A DNA stretch of 32,000 bases from assembly GCF_000092105.1 (NCBI RefSeq), contig NC_014148.1, positions 5,280,001 through 5,312,000 of the forward strand. Direction: 5' to 3'. The notes under the pieces are model-generated. The model did no database searches. It was not told where the DNA came from and saw only the letters and a list, made by a program, of their open reading frames with translations. This DNA is from Planctopirus limnophila DSM 3776 (GTDB taxonomy: Bacteria > Planctomycetota > Planctomycetia > Planctomycetales > Planctomycetaceae). Made by a program: the position numbers and the translations under genes. This document shows, piece by piece, positions 8,748 to 17,215 of the stretch (position 1 is its first letter; every line of letters starts with the position of its first letter).

Positions 8748-11141
8748 TCAGTCGATGCCGACGCCCAGCCAGCCGTCGGCAGCGCGGGCGTAATTGAAGA
8801 CGGGGGGTTGGCCTTCGCGGTTCCAGAGCTCTTGTGGGAGTTGGCGCGGAAGTGACAGCCGGGGGAAGTTTGCTTGAATCGATTGCCGTACAATCCCTTC
8901 GGCCATGCCAAGAGTAGCTGTGCGGTCATCGGTCAAGGATTTGACACGAATGTTATCGAAGGTGAGATGGACGGTCTGCTGATCGATCACCAGTTTTGCG
9001 GGGATCGTGACTTCCATTTGCGGGAGGACGGCTTGACCTCCGGGCTGGAACTGAGCCTTGAGAATGATCAGCAGTTCGTCTCCATCAATGCGGAACCTCA
9101 ATGGTTCAACATCGTCAAAGACAATTTTCGTTTCGATATTCGGGACTTTGAATGCGGCTCCGGCTGGTGCGGGGACTTCGCCAGCCCCCGGGACAAGCCC
9201 TTTGAGCCAATTCGAGAGTTCTTTGAGTTCTCGGTCGCTGGTGACTTTGCCGCGCAGATTGGCACGATCTGCGGCTCGATTCAAAACCGTCTCGTGCAGA
9301 AATAACGTGACGGCATGATCTTGTCTGGCTTCGGCAGGCATGGGCTGCAGAATGGGAGCGTCGGCTCCAAACTGACCGGCAAACTGCAGATGGGCATGTG
9401 TGGATGACCATCTTTGAACGGATGGCATCAGTGTCAGATCTTCCAACTGTTCCTGGAGACGCTTGAGATCGACGTTGGCATTGCCGAGCTCGCGATCGAC
9501 TTCCCGATTGAAGCTCGCAAAGACAGTTTCTGCCACACGGTCACGGGCAATGATTTCGGCCTGAGGTTGTTGCCTCTGGGCGACACTCATGGCAATGCGT
9601 TCGGCAATCGGCCCGATGAAGGGACGTCCGGAGTAAACTGTTTGGGCACTGACGGGTGTGTTCTGAGCGCGGGCCTGAATGACAGCCGCCCTGGTGGCGA
9701 GCTTGAAGCCATCAAAAAGGACGTCTTTGGTGCCACGGAATTCTTGAATCCCTTGTGTGTTGATCGCGGCCTGAGAGGTGTAGCCCGTTGTGCGAGTCTG
9801 GCCGCGTCCTTCGAGGACAAATTGTCCTCGGGCAGTATCGGTCGAAGGAAGCAGATTCAGCCACGCATGAGAGGTGGTATCGCGCTCGCCAACTACATTG
9901 GCGCCGAGAACAAAATCCCGCACTTCGCCTGGTTCGCGGCGAGTCGTGGCCACGAAACGATTGATGAATTTTTCCTGAGAGGTGACGTAGATCTGAAATG
10001 GAGCTGCCACCGATGGGCCCAGGGGGACGTTGACATCCTGAACACCATCTGGCAAGGGTGCGAACATGGGCCCCTGGCCCGGATTCGAGCCAGGCGATGG
10101 AATCGAGCCTGTGGCGGGAATGGGTGTGAGCGGAGGTAAAGCATCGCCTGTTGATGAAGGGGCAAATTCGGCCTTCATTCCAGGGAGTTCTGGCCCATCA
10201 AACGCGCTGTTGCCTCCCGAGAGATTCGGGTTGAGCCCTGGATCGTTACCCAGGGACGGGGGTTGATCGCTACGTGAACGAGAGGCAATGTCGGCAGTAC
10301 TGCCATTGCCAGACCGCTCCAACCGGCGTCTTTGTGCAGGGGTGAGAGAGCGATTGTTAGGAGTGTTGGCGGCCCCTGAATTGGGTGGATTCCCTGGAGA
10401 AGGATTCGCCGTTGAGGCAGAGCCGGGGCCTGAATAGACAGTGACAGGGGAGCCACTGCCCGGTGGGATGGCGGGGATGGTGCCTCCGAGGCCACTGGGT
10501 TTGTTATTGGCAGGAGTGTTATTCGAGCCACTGGTCGCTGGTGTCCGGGGGGCTGGTACCTGATTCTGGACCGGAATAACCTGATTGGAAATGGGGAGCC
10601 CGGTGTAAGGATCAATCACCACGGGTGCTTGATAACTCGGTATGCCGTACTGCGGAGGAAATGGATAACCCGGTACTGCCAGAGGTTGATTTAGTGGCTG
10701 GGGTTGATTCGCTGGCTGGGGTTGATAGGAAGAGATCCCTGGCGATGGGCCAGACCCTGCTGGCTGGCTGCCAATTGATGGTGTGCCGGGATATCCACCG
10801 GGATTTGATAGGCCAGGGTTGAAGACGGGCGTACCGCTCCCAGGGTATGGCAAGGGTTGTGTGATGTATGGAATTGGCAAACCGGTGTAGGGATCAATGT
10901 ATTGAGGAACTGGTGTGCCCCAGGGCGCGGGGGCATTCCAGGCCTGTTGGTTGGCTAATCTGGCCTGCCGGCGAGCCTCTGCTCTGGGCCCGGCTGCTTC
11001 GGCAGAAGTGGTCGCTGCTCCGAAAAGTAATACACCCACTAAGCTCTGTGTCGTCACACGGCGTAGAAGTGAACTCGAGCAGAGTTTTGCCAGTCGGGAT
11101 GCTTGTGAATTCAACGGTCTGAAATTCGATGGCAGTTCCAT
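8748..11141 (-). CDS. Large secreted Pro/Gly/Gln-rich protein with a C-terminal domain of unknown function
   Basis: The ORF is open to TTG 11252. ATG 11141 (MELPSNF...) or ATG 11177 precedes a signal-peptide-like segment LLRRVTTQSLVGVLLFGAATTSAEA|AG. About 300 aa are low-complexity and Pro-rich. The last 430 aa or so are non-repetitive with no motif I recognise. Confidence 0.7.
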   Translation of the reverse strand: MELPSNFRPLNSQASRLAKLCSSSLLRRVTTQSLVGVLLFGAATTSAEAAGPRAEARRQARLANQQAWNAPAPWGTPVPQYIDPYTGLPIPYITQPLPYPGSGTPVFNPGLSNPGGYPGTPSIGSQPAGSGPSPGISSYQPQPANQPQPLNQPLAVPGYPFPPQYGIPSYQAPVVIDPYTGLPISNQVIPVQNQVPAPRTPATSGSNNTPANNKPSGLGGTIPAIPPGSGSPVTVYSGPGSASTANPSPGNPPNSGAANTPNNRSLTPAQRRRLERSGNGSTADIASRSRSDQPPSLGNDPGLNPNLSGGNSAFDGPELPGMKAEFAPSSTGDALPPLTPIPATGSIPSPGSNPGQGPMFAPLPDGVQDVNVPLGPSVAAPFQIYVTSQEKFINRFVATTRREPGEVRDFVLGANVVGERDTTSHAWLNLLPSTDTARGQFVLEGRGQTRTTGYTSQAAINTQGIQEFRGTKDVLFDGFKLATRAAVIQARAQNTPVSAQTVYSGRPFIGPIAERIAMSVAQRQQPQAEIIARDRVAETVFASFNREVDRELGNANVDLKRLQEQLEDLTLMPSVQRWSSTHAHLQFAGQFGADAPILQPMPAEARQDHAVTLFLHETVLNRAADRANLRGKVTSDRELKELSNWLKGLVPGAGEVPAPAGAAFKVPNIETKIVFDDVEPLRFRIDGDELLIILKAQFQPGGQAVLPQMEVTIPAKLVIDQQTVHLTFDNIRVKSLTDDRTATLGMAEGIVRQSIQANFPRLSLPRQLPQELWNREGQPPVFNYARAADGWLGVGID

Positions 11142-11919
11142 AGTGGGAATCTCTTCCAGCGGTTTAGAAACTCGCATTGAACCCGATGTGAAGCTGGCCC
11201 GAAACAAAGTTCCCTGAAGCAAAACACTTCGAAGCGAAGCACTTTGCAGCAAATCTCAGAGAGGTGATTCGAAAGTCATCTGGGTGTTTTCCGGCGGCCG
11301 GTGCATGAACGTCCGCCTGCCCGTTGAAATGATGGCCCGGGTTTCTTAGTTCCCGGAGTCAGGTTTTCAAGGCCCGTAGAAACACCCCAAATCGTCTCTC
11401 ATCAAAGACTACCCTTTTGTTCATGAAAAGAGAATCGGCAGTTTGAGAGGGGAGCCTCTTTCTCAAAGTCATGGATCGTTAATCCTTAATAGATCGTTCA
11501 TCCCCAATCATTCAGTTACGCACTCGGCGGAAAACAAGTGAGCTGAGATGACTGGGTAAAATTTGTCACGAAGCTGAGGTTGTGATTTTGTGGGTCATTG
11601 CGGCTGATGAGTAACTTTCCAGGAATTCAGATGATGGGTCATGCATGAGTGCACATCACATGCCCGGCTTCTTCAAAATGCTGAGTAATGCTGCTTGGCG
11701 AACACAATGTCCATAGTTTCCAGAGTTCATGAGGATCTGGATCGGAATGAGAGCTGCAGCGTTCTGGGTTCGGGAGTTGCGGCGAAACGTCATTCCTGAA
11801 GCTGTGATGTGGCTTGGGATGCGCAGGCTGTCGTTCGACGAGCGGGATGAATTTGACCGTCATCCTGTCTAAAATTCATAGGTTGTCGAAGTGAGATCCA
11901 TCTTTGGGAATGCACACTG

Positions 11920-12330
11920 ATGTTTGAAGTTTCTTCCGAAATCCAGTTCTGCTATGGACATCGGCTGCTGAATTACAGTGGAAAATGCCGGCATCTCCAT
12001 GGGCATAATGGGAAGGCCATTATCACACTGGCTGGTGAAAGCCTGGATGAACGAGGCATGCTGGTGGACTTTGGCGATCTGAAGCGGACGGTTTCCCAGT
12101 GGATTGATGATCATTTGGATCATCGGATGGTACTCTGCGAACGTGACCCGATGGTCAAAATTCTTCGCGATGCTGGCGAACCTTTGTATCTGATTCCTGA
12201 AAACCCGACTGCCGAAAATATTGCCAAGTTGATTTATGAGAAGACAGTGGAAGTGGGATTACCTGTCATTCAAGTAGGACTGTGGGAAACGGCCAAAAAC
12301 TACGCGGTTTATCGCGAACGTAAAGTTTGA
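11920..12330 (+). CDS. queD: 6-carboxy-5,6,7,8-tetrahydropterin synthase (queuosine biosynthesis)
   Basis: 136 aa. The typical QueD/PTPS start is MFEVSSEIQFCYGHRL, and the zinc or catalytic motif is CRHLHGHN. Size and layout match QueD. Confidence 0.9.
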   Translation: MFEVSSEIQFCYGHRLLNYSGKCRHLHGHNGKAIITLAGESLDERGMLVDFGDLKRTVSQWIDDHLDHRMVLCERDPMVKILRDAGEPLYLIPENPTAENIAKLIYEKTVEVGLPVIQVGLWETAKNYAVYRERKV

Positions 12331-12547
12331 CGGGTGGCGGGAGCCTGGTTTGACTCGCAAATTCTGCCAGAAATGAGTCGAAAATCAGGCTCTTATCGGA
12401 AATAGGAGATGTGGAGAAATCGGGCTGGACACATTTTGCGACTTCATTAAGAATCCGCCGCGAGTCGCCCTGTTGGTGGCGATGTCTCCTTGAGTCGCGG
12501 CCGGTCCTGTCCGGAAGCTGACTTCGCTTTCCTGGACCAGACCACCT

Positions 12548-13456
12548 ATGCAAAAAACACTCTGCATGATCGCCGGGGGGTGCCTCACACTGCTGGTGGG
12601 CTGTCACTCCTCTCCCTATTACGGTCAGCCGCAATACTTCGGCAGCCCCGGTATGGGGTCGCCCTCTTCGGGTTTTGTGCAGCCTGGCACAACCTATGGT
12701 GCACCCGGTGGCACCTATGCGCCTCCTGGTGGTACTTATGTACCTCAAGGAGGAACATACGTGCCGGAAGGGACCGTTCCCAGCAATGGCCCGACGCTGT
12801 TGACTCCCACACCGACACCGAACAACCCGACATCTCCCAATTGGCGACCAGACCCGAATTCGGGTGGCAGTGCACAGCCCTTCAACAACAACCCACCCTC
12901 AACATTCGGTGCCCCCCCGAATGATCGGACGGTTCCGAATCCACTGGATACTCCCTTTGATGTCTCGCCTGGGGCGAATAAGGATCCATTCCCGAAAACA
13001 GGTTTGAATCGACCATCGGATCCTTTTCCACCAGCGAACCCTCCGGTCACGCTCGACCCGTTGATTGAAACTCGCCGGGAAACTCCTGCGCTGGCCAGCA
13101 CGACAGATTCGGCTATGCGGGCCACCAGTAATACGCGATCGATCCCGCAACCAGTGGTCGATCCGACCCGCCCCAATCCTTACGACTACGACCGCAGCAA
13201 TTATGCCTGGCTGAGAGGTGTTGTCGATTTTGATCCTTCGGATCAGACGTGGCACATCATCTACAACCTGACCCCGGGCAAAGATGACGACCTGGGTGGC
13301 AGTGTGGCTCTCGTGGTGGATCCGAACACGACGAAACTCTCAGACCGTTCTTTGGTGCAGGTCGAGGGTGTGGTGGACCCCAATCAACGTGATAAGACGG
13401 GCAAGCCCATGTACCGTGTGATTGCCGCACATCCACTGACGCCGCGTAATCACTGA
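12548..13456 (+). CDS. Pro/Gly/Tyr-rich lipoprotein, function unknown
   Basis: Signal peptide MQKTLCMIAGGCLTLLVG|C with lipobox LVGC. A low-complexity linker is followed by a compact C-terminal domain of about 90 aa (YAWLRGVVDFDPSDQTWHIIYNL...GGSVALV...VQVEGVV). Confidence 0.75.
   Translation: MQKTLCMIAGGCLTLLVGCHSSPYYGQPQYFGSPGMGSPSSGFVQPGTTYGAPGGTYAPPGGTYVPQGGTYVPEGTVPSNGPTLLTPTPTPNNPTSPNWRPDPNSGGSAQPFNNNPPSTFGAPPNDRTVPNPLDTPFDVSPGANKDPFPKTGLNRPSDPFPPANPPVTLDPLIETRRETPALASTTDSAMRATSNTRSIPQPVVDPTRPNPYDYDRSNYAWLRGVVDFDPSDQTWHIIYNLTPGKDDDLGGSVALVVDPNTTKLSDRSLVQVEGVVDPNQRDKTGKPMYRVIAAHPLTPRNH
12683..12766 (+). repeat. Four tandem 21-bp (7-aa) coding repeats, P/Q-G-G/T-T-Y-x-x, with synonymous recoding
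   Basis: The peptide units are PGTTYGA, PGGTYAP, PGGTYVP and QGGTYVP. The G-T-Y core is encoded as ggc acc tat, ggt act tat and gga aca tac in successive units. Confidence 0.85.
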
Positions 13457-13653
13457 CGCCACACACCAATCGCTACAGTCACCTTCGGGCAAGCGAGCGT
13501 CTCAAGGGGTCTCGATTCAACCAGGGTTTATTGGCGAACTCAGATCTCTCATCCTTCGCTGGGCTACACTGCCTTTGGGAAACCCACGCTCCTGAAGTAT
13601 GACAGAAACATGGACGCAACGGGTGCGATGGCAAAAATCCAGAGTCTTCTTGC

Positions 13654-16600
13654 TCATCGCCCTCCCGCTGGATGATCAGGGGACGACAGGGGGCCGCGAG
13701 CACCGATCCATGCTTCAGATTCGCGATAGCGCCACGATCTGGTGGGCGAACTGCCCTCTAGGGGGACAAAGTACCCTGGTTCTCCGGGCAACCCGGATTC
13801 GAACTCGAGGTCGCCCACACCCCGCATGCCGTCCTGGAAAATAAAGTACTCTCCCGGGACTCGGAAGTCGGCCGGACGTGTGCTCCAGTTGTTGCACATG
13901 GCGTCGGACATTGGACCAAAGTTCGCCGCGCCGACCGCAGGGTCGACGTGACACTCAGGTCCCGTCGGGGAGATGAACAGGTTCTGATAGACGCAGATAC
14001 GGCGTCGGCGATCACATTGACCGACCTCGACGAACGAAATGCCCGCCTCGCTTGCCTGGAATGTGTTGTTGATGACCTCGATCTTGTTCCAAACCGTGGC
14101 GGGGCCGGTGATGCGAACCGGCAACCTCGTATCGTTGAAAACAGAGCCCTTCACCGACAGTTCTGCGACAGCAACACGCAGGTCGATCCCCTGCTGCATT
14201 GGTCCCGGGAAGTCGCAACGGGATATTGTGAGTTCCAACCGCGACATCGCCTCTCCACCGGTTGCCCCCACTGACACTGCCGTCGTCAATCGCCGGTTCG
14301 CTTGAAACACGCAATTCTCCAGTTGGAGTTTCGCCGGCTCGTTCGTGACAGCACCCAGAACTTCCAATCCCGATCGCTGAAATCCCGAACATCTCAAACC
14401 AATCAATTCCACGGAACGGCCGACCAACCCCAATGACAGGCAGGTCGCCTGGGCGGCTGCATCAAAAAACAGCCGCTCCAGCTGGATTTTTCCCGGGCTG
14501 CGGACTGTCAATGCAGGGAGTTTTCCGCGCGGGCGAATGACCACCAGCGCATCGGCGGCAGCGCGAATCGTCAGCTTACCCGCGAATGTCTCGTCAATCA
14601 GAAGTTCCTCGACGTAAGTTCCCTCGGCAACTTCGATTGTCACTTCAGTGGATTTCAACTGATCCGCGTAAGTCTGCCGGAGTCGTTCACCGGCCAGCGT
14701 GATTGCTGAAGAGATCGTCGTGTGTTGTTGTTCCGGCCCGACACTCAATGCCAAAGATGGTTTCGCCTTCTCCTTTGAGGGCTTCACCACTGTCTCTGGT
14801 GATCCCCGACGTCGCAGAAACCACACTCCACCCCCAGCGACTACAACCACAGCCACGCCTCCTGCGATCCAGATGGGCAGACCAATCGGTTCCGGCGGTA
14901 GTGGAGGAGGAGCCGCGGGACGCGTTGGCGGCTTTCGCGGTGGTGTCTTTTCTTCAATGGCCGATGTCGATGCCTCTTTCGTTGGCTCCGGCGTTGCTCG
15001 TCTGGGCAGGCGGGTGGTTTTTGCCAGTTCGTCCCGCACATCCGGCGGCAAAGCCGCATAAACACGCTCACGGTGCTGATCGCGGATCTTTCGAAGGAGT
15101 TTTTTGCCAGTATCTCCCTTAATCGACTTGAGTGCCAAATCCTTCAAGACGCTACTCGCCTCAGACAAATTCGACTTCAGTGTCTTCGCCAGTTCCTGCC
15201 GCTGTTCTTCACTCAGCGACATACGTGCCAGCGGGTTAATCGCTCCCGGTTCACTGCCTGAAACTTCGCTCACGAGTGTTTGCACCTGAGCCAACTGACG
15301 TTCATCAAGAATCGACTGCACGTCCGTCTGGAAGTGCTCGCTGATGGACCGGCAGGCAGCCGCGAACGCCAGATACTCGGACATGCCTTCGATTTCGGCC
15401 AGATCCTTCAGCAGCGCTTCATCGGCGAGTTCACCCAGCGACGCGAAATCCAAGAGGCCTTCACGTTCCAGTTCCTCACGATAGGAGGTCAGCAGAGCTT
15501 CGATCTCCCCCAATTGCTCGGGTGTAATCCCCAGCGCCCCCTGAGCCGCCAGCAGCTCATCGAGAGGAAAACCTTCAATCTTCAGAGTTTGCAACAAGCC
15601 CTCGGGAACGGCACCAAGTTGCGATGCGGCCTCCGGTGGGAGTTGGACCTCCAGATTGTCTAAAGCCGCTTGCATGTCTTCTGGAGTCATGTCAGCTGCC
15701 GCAAGCAGCCGCTGGATTTCAGAGTCCAGTGGAAGAGGTGCGGCGTTGATCCCCGACGTGTCCCCAGTGGCTGTCGCCGAACTCCCGCCAGTTCCACCCA
15801 AGTTCGGCGAAGTTTCCGCCCCCGTCGTCGGGCTGCCATTCGTCGGCGGAACGCCGTCAGACGCGACGGGCTGAGCATTCGCCGCAGGCGAAATCGCGAC
15901 AGCAGCATCTCGTTCTCCACCTGTTGTCGGGCGATGCGCTTCGGGAACTTTTTCCGATCGGCTGTTGGCCTCCGCGAGCGTTTGCACAGTCCCGGTGTCG
16001 GTCAGAGGCGGACTGGCGGGTATCGCAACCCGATCCCCTACTTGAATGCTGCGTTGCGGATTGGACACGACCGCGTAAGCCAGCCCTCCGCCGGGCAAAA
16101 GCTTCTCCAATAACGGCAAAGCTTCTGCCAATGGTCTAGTCGTCAGAACCCGGGCGATATGGCTCTCGCCGGCAATCGACACCGAGACGCGAGTCCCCGT
16201 CTGAACCAGGTTTTTGGCGAACGGAAACGCAAACAGAAACCGCGAATCATCCACAATTGTCAGGAGTGTTTCGCCCGCGCGGACATATTGACCGTCTGAA
16301 ACATGCAGGCGGGCGATCTGGCCGGAAAACGGAGCCCGGTACGTCATCTCAGCCCACTCCGCCTCGGCAGCGATTCGCGCCAGTCTGGCGCCTTCGTATC
16401 GCTCTGTGCGGATGGCTCGCTCAAGATCGTCCGGGGCTGAATCCCGCAGGATTTCATACTCCCTCTCGACCGCCCGCGCCTTCTCGACCAGAAGTCGCTG
16501 ATGACGATCATCCAACGACACAAGCGTCACAAAGGCGGCCGCACGCGCCCCCGGCTTCACCGAAACGGAATCCACGCATCCGGAATGGACCGCATGGACG

Positions 16601-16815
16601 ACCGTTTCGCGAAACGGCCGCAATCTCAGTTGGACCCTGCTAAGTGGTGCTGCCGGACGAATGTGAGACGGGGTTTCAGCTTGTCCGCCGAAAGCTGTAC
16701 TGACAGTCGAGGCGGATCGAAAGGGTGTACCATTTTCGGGCGGGTTGGCCGGTGTTTGTCCGGCCGCGACTGTTGCGAAGCTCAGCCAAAAAGTCATCAC
16801 AAAAGGAAGTCTCAT
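13654..16815 (-). CDS. Single-pass membrane protein: signal peptide, HlyD-like barrel-sandwich domain, helical acidic region, TM helix and a right-handed beta-helix-like C-terminal domain
   Basis: The ORF is open to 16905. ATG 16815 gives the signal peptide MRLPFVMTFWLSFATVAAG|Q. An HlyD/MFP-type motif YRAPFSGQIARLHVSDGQYVRAGETLLTIVD is present. The TM helix IGLPIWIAGGVAVVVVAGGGVWF (14818-14886) is followed by RRRG..KPSKEKAKP. The C-terminal 350 aa show short beta-strand repeats (LTIRAA, LTVRSPG, VELIGLRCSG, LQLENCVFQ, LTISRCDF, LSVKGSVF, IEVINNTF) typical of parallel beta-helices. Confidence 0.8.
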   Translation of the reverse strand: MRLPFVMTFWLSFATVAAGQTPANPPENGTPFRSASTVSTAFGGQAETPSHIRPAAPLSRVQLRLRPFRETVVHAVHSGCVDSVSVKPGARAAAFVTLVSLDDRHQRLLVEKARAVEREYEILRDSAPDDLERAIRTERYEGARLARIAAEAEWAEMTYRAPFSGQIARLHVSDGQYVRAGETLLTIVDDSRFLFAFPFAKNLVQTGTRVSVSIAGESHIARVLTTRPLAEALPLLEKLLPGGGLAYAVVSNPQRSIQVGDRVAIPASPPLTDTGTVQTLAEANSRSEKVPEAHRPTTGGERDAAVAISPAANAQPVASDGVPPTNGSPTTGAETSPNLGGTGGSSATATGDTSGINAAPLPLDSEIQRLLAAADMTPEDMQAALDNLEVQLPPEAASQLGAVPEGLLQTLKIEGFPLDELLAAQGALGITPEQLGEIEALLTSYREELEREGLLDFASLGELADEALLKDLAEIEGMSEYLAFAAACRSISEHFQTDVQSILDERQLAQVQTLVSEVSGSEPGAINPLARMSLSEEQRQELAKTLKSNLSEASSVLKDLALKSIKGDTGKKLLRKIRDQHRERVYAALPPDVRDELAKTTRLPRRATPEPTKEASTSAIEEKTPPRKPPTRPAAPPPLPPEPIGLPIWIAGGVAVVVVAGGGVWFLRRRGSPETVVKPSKEKAKPSLALSVGPEQQHTTISSAITLAGERLRQTYADQLKSTEVTIEVAEGTYVEELLIDETFAGKLTIRAAADALVVIRPRGKLPALTVRSPGKIQLERLFFDAAAQATCLSLGLVGRSVELIGLRCSGFQRSGLEVLGAVTNEPAKLQLENCVFQANRRLTTAVSVGATGGEAMSRLELTISRCDFPGPMQQGIDLRVAVAELSVKGSVFNDTRLPVRITGPATVWNKIEVINNTFQASEAGISFVEVGQCDRRRRICVYQNLFISPTGPECHVDPAVGAANFGPMSDAMCNNWSTRPADFRVPGEYFIFQDGMRGVGDLEFESGLPGEPGYFVPLEGSSPTRSWRYRESEAWIGARGPLSSPDHPAGGR

Positions 16816-17215
16816 CTGCCATGCCCTCTGCGGCCGACCAGGTTTTCGAATCCAGCGACACGGTAAAACAAAATGGGATCGAATAACATAGGCTGGACTT
16901 GCCAAGGCTCAGGCCTCGAAACCTTCAGAGGTGTGATGACGGGATGTTCGACTCACAATCTCTGCGGCGCGGCACTGGAGAAAGTGCCATCTCACTGTTG
17001 CCTGAATGAAACATCACGCATCCCATCACGGGCACTTGTTGCTCCGATTTCCCGCATGATCGCACCAGGTGTCGTGATCGGTATTCTCGGTGAGCGTTGT
17101 GTGATTCATCCCACTTCAATGAGAATTCAGATTCCCTCGTAAAACTCATGAAAAGGGATGCAAGGCGAGTTGTGGGTATTCTGCATAATCTGCGTGATCT
17201 TTCAGGAGTACGTTT

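Noticed and set aside
11639-11872. A 74-aa minus ORF (11639..11863) and an overlapping 47-aa plus ORF (11729..11872, MRIWIGMRAAAFWVRELRRN...) upstream of queD.
   Set aside because: The two are mutually overlapping with no convincing ribosome-binding sites and no recognisable motifs. They are kept only as a note inside the finding on the long intergenic gap.
11864-11919. A possible preQ1 riboswitch in front of queD.
   Set aside because: I could not find the small hairpin plus A-rich tail characteristic of preQ1-I/II/III elements. The 56 nt before the ATG show no convincing structure.
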